64,000 nt of DNA from the NCBI GenBank assembly GCA_049975265.1, contig JBNGDF010000009.1:1-64000 (forward strand). The letters are read 5' to 3'. Of this stretch, positions 28,928 to 38,515 are shown piece by piece. The notes below the pieces were generated by a model. It did not search any database. It saw only the letters and a program-made list of their open reading frames with translations, and was not told where the DNA came from. The stretch is from Fidelibacterota bacterium (lineage in GTDB: Bacteria > Fidelibacterota > UBA2242). The translations under genes were made by a program, and so were the position numbers. How positions within the stretch are numbered: position 1 is the stretch's first letter; the number at the start of each line of letters is the position of its first letter.

Positions 28928-30350
28928 TATCCGTGTCCGATTTGCCCCGAGTCCCACCGGTGCGTTGCACCTGGGCGGTGCCCGGACGGCTATTTATAAC
29001 TGGCTGTTTGCCCGAGCCAATGATGGTCGGTTTTTACTACGGATCGAAGACACCGACACGAAACGTTCAAAAACAGAATATATAGAACAGATTTATGAAT
29101 CACTGCGCTGGCTGGGAATGAGCTGGGACGAAGAGCCGGTATTCCAGTCCCAACGAATGGCGGCATATCGGCAGGCAGCGGAAGAATTACTGAATAACGG
29201 CAGTGCCTATTACTGTTTCTGTACTCCTGAAGAGCTCGAGGCGCGCCGTAAAGCCAGCGGGGTATATCAGTATGACCGCAAGTGCCGGTCGCTTTCCCAA
29301 TCGGAAATTGACGCCAATTTCGGCGCCGGTAAAAAAGCGGCAATCCGCTATAAAGTGCCTGTCGGTACGACAGAGTGGAACGATTGTGTGTATGGCAAGA
29401 TCAGCGTTAACAATGCTGAAATCGACGATTTTGTTCTGCTGCGTTCCAACGGCTTTCCCACCTACCAGTTTGCCGTGGTGGTGGATGATATCTTTATGCG
29501 GATCAGTCATGTGATTCGGGGCGAAGATCACATTTCCAATACACCCAAACAGATTTTACTTTATAAAGCTTTCGATGCCGGGATTCCGGAATTTGCCCAT
29601 CTGCCCCTGTTGAATGGCACCGACGGTAAGCGGCTCAGTAAGCGCCATGGCGCCACCGGTGTTGACGAGTATCGCGATCAGGGTTACCCCGCGGAAGCCG
29701 TGTTCAACTATCTGGCGATTCTGGGCTGGGTGCCGAAAGATGGCAATGAGATTTTAAAGCCGGCTGAACTGATTCAGCGCTTTCGACTCGAGGATATTGC
29801 CCGCAAGTCGGCGGTCTTTGATCTGAAAAAATTCGACTGGGTCAGCAACGAGCACATCAAGCGGATGGATAATGCGGAAATCTATCGTCACATCCTGCCA
29901 ATTCTTACTGATTATCCCCTGGTCGGCGCCGAATTGGACGAATCCGGGCGGCAATATATCCTGACATTCATCGATCTGATGAAAAACCGTTTTCGCAATT
30001 TCCGGCAGTTTGCCGAACTGGGCAGTTACTTCTTCAAAGACCCGGAAGCCTATGAAGAAAAAGCCGTCCGCAAGAACTGGAAAGATTCTGAAGTAAACGG
30101 TCGCATGACAATCCTGCTGGAAAAATTGCAGAATCAGGCGGAATTCAGCGCGACATCCATCGAATCCGCCGTTCGGGAATTGGCTGATGAACTGGATATT
30201 TCTGCTGGCAAACTGATCCACCCCTTACGGCTGGCAGTCAGCGGCTACAGCGTCGGTCCGGGGATTTTTGAACTGCTGGAATTTCTGGGAAAAGAGACGG
30301 TCCTGCGCCGGATTCAGGCAGCATTGCATAGATTGCCAGAAAGGGAATAA
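28920..30350 (+). CDS. gltX: Glutamate--tRNA ligase
   Basis: RFAPSPTGALHLGG, RIEDTD, HVIRGEDH, RLSKR. Confidence 0.98.
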   Translation: MSDIRVRFAPSPTGALHLGGARTAIYNWLFARANDGRFLLRIEDTDTKRSKTEYIEQIYESLRWLGMSWDEEPVFQSQRMAAYRQAAEELLNNGSAYYCFCTPEELEARRKASGVYQYDRKCRSLSQSEIDANFGAGKKAAIRYKVPVGTTEWNDCVYGKISVNNAEIDDFVLLRSNGFPTYQFAVVVDDIFMRISHVIRGEDHISNTPKQILLYKAFDAGIPEFAHLPLLNGTDGKRLSKRHGATGVDEYRDQGYPAEAVFNYLAILGWVPKDGNEILKPAELIQRFRLEDIARKSAVFDLKKFDWVSNEHIKRMDNAEIYRHILPILTDYPLVGAELDESGRQYILTFIDLMKNRFRNFRQFAELGSYFFKDPEAYEEKAVRKNWKDSEVNGRMTILLEKLQNQAEFSATSIESAVRELADELDISAGKLIHPLRLAVSGYSVGPGIFELLEFLGKETVLRRIQAALHRLPERE

Positions 30351-30360
30351 GAACCTAACC

Positions 30361-30577
30361 TGGATTATTCACCAGCCTAATTGAAAAGAATTAATAAGTG
30401 CAAAGAAAATATCTACTTAATGAAATTATTAACAATCAAATGGTGAATAATCCATCTAGCCCAGCAGGATGCTGGGCTAGACCGCCGTTTGGCGGGGTGT
30501 ACCCCGCAGTCCGCCGAAGAGCGGACGTGCGGCCCTATCGGGTGATTAATTCACGATCTCGTGAATTAATCAGGCTA
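30361..30577. repeat. Cluster of palindromes/inverted repeats (REP- or MITE-like)
   Basis: 14-bp IR 30361-74/30441-54; 12-bp IR 30455-66/30470-81; GC hairpins 30482-95 and 30504-32; 14-bp IR 30543-56/30559-72. Confidence 0.75.
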
Positions 30578-30623
30578 AGTCCCCTGACATGCTAAAATAC
30601 GGAATTATTGCCCTTTTGAGAGG

Positions 30624-32777
30624 TTGATGATTCGAAAGTATTTTATATCAATTCTTTTATTGCCGTGTGTCTGTCTGGCACAATGGGAGTGGCAGCATCC
30701 GCAACCCCAGGGCAACACCCTCTGGTCACTGGAATTTACTGAATCCGGCATCGGCTTTGCTGTTGGTGATCACGGTACCCTTATCAGTACAATAGACAGC
30801 GGCGCAACCTGGTTAGTCCGGGAAAGCGGTACCGAAAATGATCTGCTTTCTGTTTATTTTTTGAATACGAATAAAGGCTGGATATTCGGAGCAGATGGTA
30901 CGATCCTGAGAACATTGGATGGAGGAAAGAGTTGGATTTTTCAGCCTGGACCCGATATCCATATCTTTGACGGACTTTTTGTTAATCCCGAGACCGGCTG
31001 GATTTGCGGCGGGAAGGATTACCACGCCGCCATATACCGGACAAATGACGGGGGACAAACCTGGGAGGAACAAATCCGATATCAATCACCCAGTCCGCTG
31101 CGATCTATCTGCTCTGCTGAGAACGGGAAAATTTTTTCATCGGGTCTGCGGCAAATTCTGAAGACAAGTGACGGTGGTGACAACTGGCTTCAGTATCCCA
31201 CGGAATCTGATTGGGATTGTCGCTCAATCTGCTTTACCGATTCGCTGACCGGCTGGATTGCCGGCTTTGAGACGTGGGGCACCTTAATTCTCAATACCAG
31301 TGACGGCGGAGAAACCTGGACTGAGCGGATCACGGGACAGACCGGCATTCTCAACCGTAGTTTAAATGATATCTGTTTCGTGAATAAACAATTCGGCTGG
31401 GCTTGCGGAACCTATGGTCATATTTTATACACCCGGGATGGTGGCGACAATTGGAATACCTACTCACAGGAATTCGAGCCGGAGCTGATCGCTGTCCATT
31501 TCAACAATCCCGAGACCGGCTGGGCGATCGGCTCTGCCGGAGTCATTCTAAAAACGGAAAATGGCGGGAGTGATTGGGAATGTGGCGGCAGTCCACCCTG
31601 CGGAGACCTCTTTGATGTTTTTTTCCTCAATTCTGAGATCGGATTCGCAACCGGTGCCCGCTATAACTCGTCCACTGCCGTCATATTGAAAACTGAAAAT
31701 GCCGGAAAAAACTGGAGCATCTGCCATCTTCCCGTAATCGATTTTATGCATGCGATTCATTTCTCTGATGATAGTACCGGCTGGGTGGTCGGCGCCGGCA
31801 ACTCCGTTTTAAAATCTGTCAATTACGGAAAAGACTGGTTCCGCCACGATATCGGTCTGACGTTGAGTGACTGCGGGGCATTTTACGATGTCTTTTTTAT
31901 CAATCCGGACACGGGCATAATTGTCGGTGAAAACGGGGCTATTATCCGGACCGGCGATGGTGGTGCCAGTTGGCAACGCAGAAGCAGCGGAACAGGCGAG
32001 CGGTTAGCGGCAATCTGCTTTACGGATTCAGAGACAGGCTGGATCGGCGGTAACAGGGGTGTTATCCTGAAAACCACCGATGCCGGATTGAGCTGGCAGA
32101 GGATCAGCTGTCAAGTCGATGTTTATCTGAATTCCATCTGCTTCATTCATCCTGATACCGGTTGGATTGCCGGAAGCAATTGTGTTCTGCGAACAACTGA
32201 CGGTGGAATAGGGTGGGAGGTAGCCACGATTCCCCTGAATTGTTCGCTTATGAGTGTCTGCTTCACCAATTCTCAGTTCGGCAGGGTGGTGGGCTTTGAG
32301 AGCCGGGATTTCTGGCTTTTTGGCTATGCCGCTTATTCCGATGATGGGGGAATCAGCTGGAGCCGGGAGCGGCTTCCGACATCGAACATTTTGAATGAAA
32401 TTGTGTTTACCGACGACCATAACGGGTGGGTTTGCGGTATGACCGGTACTATCTTGTCCACCCGGAATAACGGCGGAATCTCATCTTTTGGGGCGGAGCC
32501 GGTGGCGACACCGTTTTATTTTTCAATTGATGCCGTCTACCCGAATCCCTGCAACTCATCAGCCACGATTCGTTATGAAATTCCAGCTTGTCAATGGCTA
32601 AAAATGTCCCTGTTTGATATTCGGGGTCATAAAATCATCGATTTGGTCAATGAGGTCAAATCGGCTGGGGTTTATGAGACTGTCTGGAATGCCGAGAACT
32701 GTTCCAGTGGAATCTATTTTATCAATCTGATTGTCGGTCATTCTGCAGCAAGGAAGAAAATCCTACTGATTAAGTAA
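30624..32777 (+). CDS. Secreted YCF48/BNR-repeat beta-propeller protein with a T9SS type A-like C-terminal sorting domain
   Basis: Signal peptide; about 14 repeats 'F-x4-GW-x-x-G...IL-x-T-x-DGG-x-x-W'; tail VYPNPCNSSATIRYEI...SSGIYFINL...KKILLIK. Confidence 0.88.
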   Translation: MMIRKYFISILLLPCVCLAQWEWQHPQPQGNTLWSLEFTESGIGFAVGDHGTLISTIDSGATWLVRESGTENDLLSVYFLNTNKGWIFGADGTILRTLDGGKSWIFQPGPDIHIFDGLFVNPETGWICGGKDYHAAIYRTNDGGQTWEEQIRYQSPSPLRSICSAENGKIFSSGLRQILKTSDGGDNWLQYPTESDWDCRSICFTDSLTGWIAGFETWGTLILNTSDGGETWTERITGQTGILNRSLNDICFVNKQFGWACGTYGHILYTRDGGDNWNTYSQEFEPELIAVHFNNPETGWAIGSAGVILKTENGGSDWECGGSPPCGDLFDVFFLNSEIGFATGARYNSSTAVILKTENAGKNWSICHLPVIDFMHAIHFSDDSTGWVVGAGNSVLKSVNYGKDWFRHDIGLTLSDCGAFYDVFFINPDTGIIVGENGAIIRTGDGGASWQRRSSGTGERLAAICFTDSETGWIGGNRGVILKTTDAGLSWQRISCQVDVYLNSICFIHPDTGWIAGSNCVLRTTDGGIGWEVATIPLNCSLMSVCFTNSQFGRVVGFESRDFWLFGYAAYSDDGGISWSRERLPTSNILNEIVFTDDHNGWVCGMTGTILSTRNNGGISSFGAEPVATPFYFSIDAVYPNPCNSSATIRYEIPACQWLKMSLFDIRGHKIIDLVNEVKSAGVYETVWNAENCSSGIYFINLIVGHSAARKKILLIK

Positions 32778-33623
32778 TCCGTTGTGATTTGAACGTTTCA
32801 GATTTTGATAATAACGCCGGTACAGTAGATTTTTATCAGGGATATCGTTTTCCCGGAAACGCTGATATTTGTCATCGAACAGATTTTGGGCGTGTAAAAC
32901 CTGCAGTTGCGGGTAGTAAGCTGTAAGTAATTTGCCCCGTGCCCGGGTGAAAAAATCGGCGTGATCCAGGCGTTTCAGCTGCTCGTCCCAACCGATTTGA
33001 CAAATACTTACTGTCCGCCCAATATAGAAATTGGCGACCTTTTCCATAACTTCCGCAGCGCCGATCCGGCTTCCGGGTGTCCTGAGCGGTTCGGCATGGG
33101 TGGGAAAGAGTTCTGCCTCGCGATAGTCGGTACTGGTGTAAAAGGGCAGGTTGATTACTTTTCCGCCGAGAATGTCAACCTCCGGGTAGCGCTCCATTAG
33201 CTCCAGTGCCGGCGCCAGAACAGTATTCCGGAAAAAGACAAAATCGTCATCCAGCATGAGAACATATTTCGTTCTAACGACTTTGAGAGCGGCATTTCGT
33301 CCGGCGGACACCCCCGAATCGAAGGTCAGAATGACAGTTTCTATACCGGGGATCGTGGCAGGTTTGCGGCTGTCATCAGCCACAACGATTTTCAACTGCG
33401 GGTAGAAACGGCGAATACTGCGGATTAACCGCTTTAGAATCAGCGGACGTTCAAAGGTTTTGATGACTGCCGTGACATCATCCAGTGAATCCGTTGAACT
33501 GGACTTTCCAAAGTCGGTCAGGCGGTGCCAGGCAAGTTCTGCGGCGATTGTCAGATTGTATGCGATGCGTCCCAGAAAGCGAAGTCTGCCGTAATAGAAC
33601 CAGCGAGAAAGAGGTTTCGCCAT
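32763..33623 (-). CDS. GT-A fold glycosyltransferase resembling B4GALNT/GT12 enzymes
   Basis: VIKTFERP...SIRRFYP...VADDS, AGRN, MLDDDFVF; likely start ATG 33623 just after the glnS stop. Confidence 0.8.
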   Translation of the reverse strand: MAKPLSRWFYYGRLRFLGRIAYNLTIAAELAWHRLTDFGKSSSTDSLDDVTAVIKTFERPLILKRLIRSIRRFYPQLKIVVADDSRKPATIPGIETVILTFDSGVSAGRNAALKVVRTKYVLMLDDDFVFFRNTVLAPALELMERYPEVDILGGKVINLPFYTSTDYREAELFPTHAEPLRTPGSRIGAAEVMEKVANFYIGRTVSICQIGWDEQLKRLDHADFFTRARGKLLTAYYPQLQVLHAQNLFDDKYQRFRENDIPDKNLLYRRYYQNLKRSNHNGLLNQ

Positions 33624-33636
33624 TACACCCGGATTA

Positions 33637-35343
33637 TCATTTCTGCTGTTTCTGAGCAATTTTTGCCCAGGTATCCCGCAATGTGACCGTGCGATTCAGC
33701 ACCGGTTTTGTGGGAGTCGTATCGGGATCAACACAAAAATAGCCCAGCCGTTCAAACTGAAAGCGAAAACCGGGGAGAGCATGCTCGGTGAGAGTCGGTT
33801 CGGTGTAGCATCTCTTCAGGATTTTCAATGATTCCCGATTCAGCTGTTCCAGAAAATGTTCACCGCCGGGATTTTCCACATTAAAAAGGCGATCGTACAG
33901 GCGTACTTCGGCGGTACGGGCATGCCGGGCGGAGACCCAGTGCAGCGTACCTTTGACTTTTCTGCCGTCGGGAGAATCGCCACCGCGGGTTGCCGGATCA
34001 TAGGTGCAATGGACCTCTGTGATGTTGCCGGCGCTATTTTTAACAACCCCTGTGCAGGTGATGAAATAGGCATAACGCAGGCGTACCTCGCGACCGGGCG
34101 CCAGCCGGAAATATTTTTTCGGCGGGTTCTCCGTAAAATCGTCCGCTTCAATGTATAATTCTTTCGAAAACGGCACCTGGCGGGTACCGGCGTCCGCATC
34201 CTCGGGATTGTTGATGGCGTTCAGATACTCTTCCTTGTCATCCGGGTAATTGTCAATGACTATTTTCAGCGGTTTGAGTACCCCCATGAAGCGGGGTGCG
34301 ATTTTGTTCAGATGCTCCCGGACGCTGAATTCCAGCAGGGCGACGTCCACCGTGCTATCACGCTTGGCAACACCGATCCGTTCGGCGAAATTCTGGATGG
34401 CTTTAGGTGTATAGCCGCGTCGGCGCATGCCGGAAATGGTAGGCATGCGGGGATCGTCCCAGCCGTTGACATATCCCTTTTTGACCAGCTCCAGTAAGCG
34501 CCGTTTGCTCATAACGGTATAGGTCAGATTGAGGCGGGCAAATTCAATTTGCTGGGGACGGTAGGCGTCTAATTCGATCAAAAACCAGTCGTATAAGGGA
34601 CGATGGTCTTCGAATTCCAGAGTACAGAGCGAATGGGTTATTCCTTCGATGGAATCTTCCAGACCGTGAGCCCAGTCGTACATGGGATAGATGCACCATT
34701 TGTTGCCGGTGCGGTGGTGAGGCGCATGCAGGATGCGGTACATGACGGGATCGCGCATGTTCAGATTGGGCGACGCCATGTCAATCTTCGCCCGCAGGGT
34801 TCGGGAACCGTCGGGAAATTCGCCGGCTTTCATCCGTTCAAGCAGGTCAAGATTTTCCGCAATACTGCGATTGCGATAGGGACTTTCCTGCCCCGGCTCC
34901 GTCAATGTTCCGCGGTTGGCTTTGATTTCCTCGGCGGTTAAATCACAGACATAGGCTTTGCCCTTTTTGGTCAGTTGAACGGCATATTCGTACATTTGGT
35001 CAAAATAGTCCGATCCGTAGAAGAGACGATCCTCGAAATCGGCACCGAGCCATTTGACATCTTCGATGATGGATTGAACATATTCCTCTTCTTCCTTGAT
35101 CGGATTGGTGTCGTCGAAGCGTAGATTGAATTTTCCGTTGTATTTCACTGCGGTGCCGTAATTAAGCAGAATCGCTTTGGCGTGACCAATATGCAGATAA
35201 CCGTTGGGTTCCGGGGGAAAACGGGTGTGAACCCGACCTCCGAATTTGCCGGTCCGGTTATCCTCTTCGATGATCTGATGGATAAAATTCAGCGGTGGTT
35301 TTTCCGGGCTGTTTTCCCTGGCTGCGTCTGATTCAGAATGCAT
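33637..35343 (-). CDS. glnS: Glutamine--tRNA ligase
   Basis: [54 protein letters not shown]; start ATG 35343. Confidence 0.97.
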   Translation of the reverse strand: MHSESDAARENSPEKPPLNFIHQIIEEDNRTGKFGGRVHTRFPPEPNGYLHIGHAKAILLNYGTAVKYNGKFNLRFDDTNPIKEEEEYVQSIIEDVKWLGADFEDRLFYGSDYFDQMYEYAVQLTKKGKAYVCDLTAEEIKANRGTLTEPGQESPYRNRSIAENLDLLERMKAGEFPDGSRTLRAKIDMASPNLNMRDPVMYRILHAPHHRTGNKWCIYPMYDWAHGLEDSIEGITHSLCTLEFEDHRPLYDWFLIELDAYRPQQIEFARLNLTYTVMSKRRLLELVKKGYVNGWDDPRMPTISGMRRRGYTPKAIQNFAERIGVAKRDSTVDVALLEFSVREHLNKIAPRFMGVLKPLKIVIDNYPDDKEEYLNAINNPEDADAGTRQVPFSKELYIEADDFTENPPKKYFRLAPGREVRLRYAYFITCTGVVKNSAGNITEVHCTYDPATRGGDSPDGRKVKGTLHWVSARHARTAEVRLYDRLFNVENPGGEHFLEQLNRESLKILKRCYTEPTLTEHALPGFRFQFERLGYFCVDPDTTPTKPVLNRTVTLRDTWAKIAQKQQK

Positions 35344-35596
35344 GCAGTTCCCTTTCATCAATATCGAAGTCGAATTTAACAAATTTCATGAAAATATAAA
35401 TCAGAAACCGGCGGTTTGGTTTCAATATTTTTAAATTATCCGCTACCAGCAACCGCTTTTTGACTCTGATAAAGTGGAAAATGCTTGATTTCGAGGGAAA
35501 ATATTATGAACTTAAACAGTTATGAATTAATATCGGATTATGGCAAGGGATAAATAGTATATCAGACAATTCTTGAAACAACAGGCAGGCTCCGAA

Positions 35597-36841
35597 ATGC
35601 ATCGGTTGAAGCAACACTGGCGATATTGGTTCCTCCTTTTAATAATCGGGCAAGGCATCATTCGCGCCGATGTAAACCTCTGGGTCTTGTCATTTGATAA
35701 CCTCTATTCAGATTCTGAAATCCAATGGTTGAAAGAGGGCTTCGTCGATTTTATTCTGGATCACTACGTTGACAATCCCTACGTTGCGGCGTACCGCTCC
35801 GCTGAATTGGATGAAACCCTTGCAACGATAAAAACCGAAAAATACCGGCAATCCCGGAATCTGCTGCTCACCGGCACCTACCAACGCAGCAGGGCAGAGT
35901 TTATCGTTGATCTGCAATTGACCGATCTGGAGACATGGAAAACTGTGTCAGAGACGCAGGTCCGTGAAACGTCACCGGATCTGGAAAAACTTATCCTGGC
36001 GGTGAACAAAACACTTGATCAGCTGATCGATCCGCAAATTGAAAAAAAACTCAGTGAAAGTACCACCACGCCTGTTCCCCAGACTCAGACACCCGATATC
36101 CGGCAGGAACGCGAACTGCAGAGCAGCCGCGAAATGACCGTCGCTACCCGTAATATCGGTGAGGCTCTGGAGCGGCTGTTGACCGAGTACAGGGATCATA
36201 CGTCAATGCAAATTGAGTCACCCGAACCCTTTCAGCAGAGCCGGTTTCAGGAGGATGCTTTTACCGGTCGGGTCAAAGAGTATATTCGCGAAAGTCACAG
36301 TTTTGAAGAGGTCATCAATTATGTCCTGAGCGATCCCTACCTGATCAATATCGGCGAGCCTTCCATTCAGCGTCTGCCCGGTAACAGCAGCAGTGTATCG
36401 CTCTCGTTTCGCATTGATTATCAGATTAAACTGAAAATACTAAGAGACATGCTTGAGACTCTGGTCATTCGTTCAAAAAAGGAGGGGGATTCGTTCCTTG
36501 AATACTCTTTTTCGGGCAATGACTACGTTTTCACAGCAGATTTAATCAGAAAAGTAGCGCATGGTGAGTATCGCTATTTTCCGGTGATTGCCCTGGTGGA
36601 TGAGAATGGTATGACGCTGGCGCGAATCATTGACGCTCCGTCAAACTCCGGTCGCCTCAAACACTTCAATCCCATGTTCAATATCATCACAGGTCCCTGG
36701 ACGATGACCATTTATCTGAATAAAGAGATTCAGGAGATCGACTACCAACTGGTTTTGCCGATCAGTACCGTCGCGAAAATTGCCCAGGTGACCATCGATA
36801 TGGTGACCGAAGACGAAATCGCATATTTGAAATCCCAATAA
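35597..36841 (+). CDS. Exported protein with an N-terminal TolB_N/CsgG-like domain, function unknown
   Basis: Signal-like N terminus; 'VLSFDNL...QWLKEGFVDFI...LLTGTYQR...VDLQLTDLETWK' fits the TolB_N/CsgG pattern; start 35597 or 35573. Confidence 0.6.
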   Translation: MHRLKQHWRYWFLLLIIGQGIIRADVNLWVLSFDNLYSDSEIQWLKEGFVDFILDHYVDNPYVAAYRSAELDETLATIKTEKYRQSRNLLLTGTYQRSRAEFIVDLQLTDLETWKTVSETQVRETSPDLEKLILAVNKTLDQLIDPQIEKKLSESTTTPVPQTQTPDIRQERELQSSREMTVATRNIGEALERLLTEYRDHTSMQIESPEPFQQSRFQEDAFTGRVKEYIRESHSFEEVINYVLSDPYLINIGEPSIQRLPGNSSSVSLSFRIDYQIKLKILRDMLETLVIRSKKEGDSFLEYSFSGNDYVFTADLIRKVAHGEYRYFPVIALVDENGMTLARIIDAPSNSGRLKHFNPMFNIITGPWTMTIYLNKEIQEIDYQLVLPISTVAKIAQVTIDMVTEDEIAYLKSQ

Positions 36842-36861
36842 ATCTGAAAGAATTATTTACG

Positions 36862-37233
36862 TTGGAAAAGAACAAAATTCTGATAGTGGATGACGAACCC
36901 AATGTCTGTCAATTTTTATCCGAGTACTTGGAATACCGCGGTTTCGGGACCCGAATCAGCAACTCCGGCAACGAAGCGCTGCAGTGTCTGCAAAAGGAGA
37001 ATTTTGATGCGATGCTGCTGGACCTGATCATGCCGGGCATGAATGGCTTGGAAGTTCTCGAAAAGATCCGCCAGATGAACATCACAATTCCGGTTATCAT
37101 TGTAACCGGTGTAAAGGATAAAGATGTCGCTGATGAGGCGATTAAACTTGGGGCGGTGGATTTTATTCCGAAACCGATCGACCTTGATCGCCTTGAGCAG
37201 AGCCTGATCGTGAACATAAAAAACCTGCACTAA
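36862..37233 (+). CDS. Single-domain response regulator (receiver)
   Basis: ILIVDDE, LLDLIMPGMNG, IVTG, FIPKP. Confidence 0.95.
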   Translation: MEKNKILIVDDEPNVCQFLSEYLEYRGFGTRISNSGNEALQCLQKENFDAMLLDLIMPGMNGLEVLEKIRQMNITIPVIIVTGVKDKDVADEAIKLGAVDFIPKPIDLDRLEQSLIVNIKNLH

Positions 37234-37236
37234 TAT

Positions 37237-38499
37237 TTGAGGAACGCTATTTTGGAAAACGTAAAGTGGTTGATTCCCGGGCAGAAAATATCAAAAGAGA
37301 CGGTGAAATTCATCGAAGAGATCGGTAGTATCATCGGTCAATCCCAAGGAGTAAATGTCGTTTATAAACGGTTGAACAATGACCGACCGGCGGTGGAGCA
37401 GATTTCGAAACGCAGCAACGTTATTTCTCTTGTCAGTAATTACGAAGCGATGTACCTGGAAACATTTTATGAGTTTCTGCCGCTTTTCAAACTGGCTCCC
37501 GGCGATATCAAAGGGTATGTGGTCGTTCATAAAAATTCCCGCGCTAAAAAATTGATCGATCTGCAGCGGCAAGCGCTGATAATGCTTAACAGTACCGATA
37601 CTATTTTTATCAATCCCGTAACTCTTTACCTGTTAAACAATACCAATGTAACCCATCTGGATCAGTCTCAGACGTTTGCTGCCAAACTGGAGCCGCTGCA
37701 TCTCTATCAGATTATTGATAAAAAGGTGGATGTTGCCGTAGCGACCAGTTTTGAATACAATCTTATTCCCGAAAAAGAGCGGAAGAATCTGCGGATTCTG
37801 GGCGAATTTCCGATTATGCCGGAATATGTGGTAGTCCTGGGCGCCGATTTAAAAGGGAAAAATATCGCGAAAATCAAACCGATGCTGGAGCGCTGGCGTT
37901 CCAAATATGGCGAGCGGTATAAGTCGCTGGGAATGGAGATCTTCGCCTATGAGGGTGCCGATCACTCGCTTCTGCTCGAAGCCATTGAAGGTTTGGGCTA
38001 TACGCTGAACAAGTTTGTGGAAGAGTATAACGACCTCCTTATCCACAGCGTCTCCGTCAGCCCGAAGAAAGAGCTGCAGGAGATGGAAGAAAAGTATACC
38101 CGGTTGAAAACATTTAACGAGAAACTGGTGAAAATGTACCAGGATGTGCGCGACAGCCGTGACCGCCTGACGAAAGAGATTGAATCGGCGACCGACAATA
38201 CGATCCTGTTCCTGAAGGATGGTACAATTCTGGGGGCTTCACGGGCTTTTTGCACGCTGCTTAAATACGGGCGCCAGGATATTGTCGGACAGGAGATTAC
38301 CCGCTTTGTTCAGCCGGATTTAAATACACCCTTTAGTAAACTGATTCAGCAAATCGATGTCGGACTGGTCCGTTCCTTTGCAATTAAATTGAAAAAATCC
38401 GACGGAAATGAATCTTCGGGCAAGATGGAGTTCAGCATTATCGAATTGATGGACTCAAAAGTGATATTGGGAATTTTATCCGACTCCGGGAAAAATTAA
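37237..38499 (+). CDS. PhnD/SsuA-like binding-protein domain + coiled coil + PAS domain, no signal peptide
   Basis: GYVVVHKNS...KKLIDL, KKVDVAV, LRILGEFPIMP; coiled coil around aa 275-315; PAS 'DGTILGASRAFCTLLKYGRQDIVG...KKSDG'. Confidence 0.65.
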   Translation: MRNAILENVKWLIPGQKISKETVKFIEEIGSIIGQSQGVNVVYKRLNNDRPAVEQISKRSNVISLVSNYEAMYLETFYEFLPLFKLAPGDIKGYVVVHKNSRAKKLIDLQRQALIMLNSTDTIFINPVTLYLLNNTNVTHLDQSQTFAAKLEPLHLYQIIDKKVDVAVATSFEYNLIPEKERKNLRILGEFPIMPEYVVVLGADLKGKNIAKIKPMLERWRSKYGERYKSLGMEIFAYEGADHSLLLEAIEGLGYTLNKFVEEYNDLLIHSVSVSPKKELQEMEEKYTRLKTFNEKLVKMYQDVRDSRDRLTKEIESATDNTILFLKDGTILGASRAFCTLLKYGRQDIVGQEITRFVQPDLNTPFSKLIQQIDVGLVRSFAIKLKKSDGNESSGKMEFSIIELMDSKVILGILSDSGKN

Positions 38500-38515
38500 C
38501 TACGCGAGGTGAAAT

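Noticed and set aside
30398..30595. 65-aa ORF
   Set aside because: It lies across the palindrome cluster and looks like translated non-coding DNA.
30700..32470. DNA-level repeats (ACCGGCTGG etc.)
   Set aside because: Explained by protein beta-propeller repeats.
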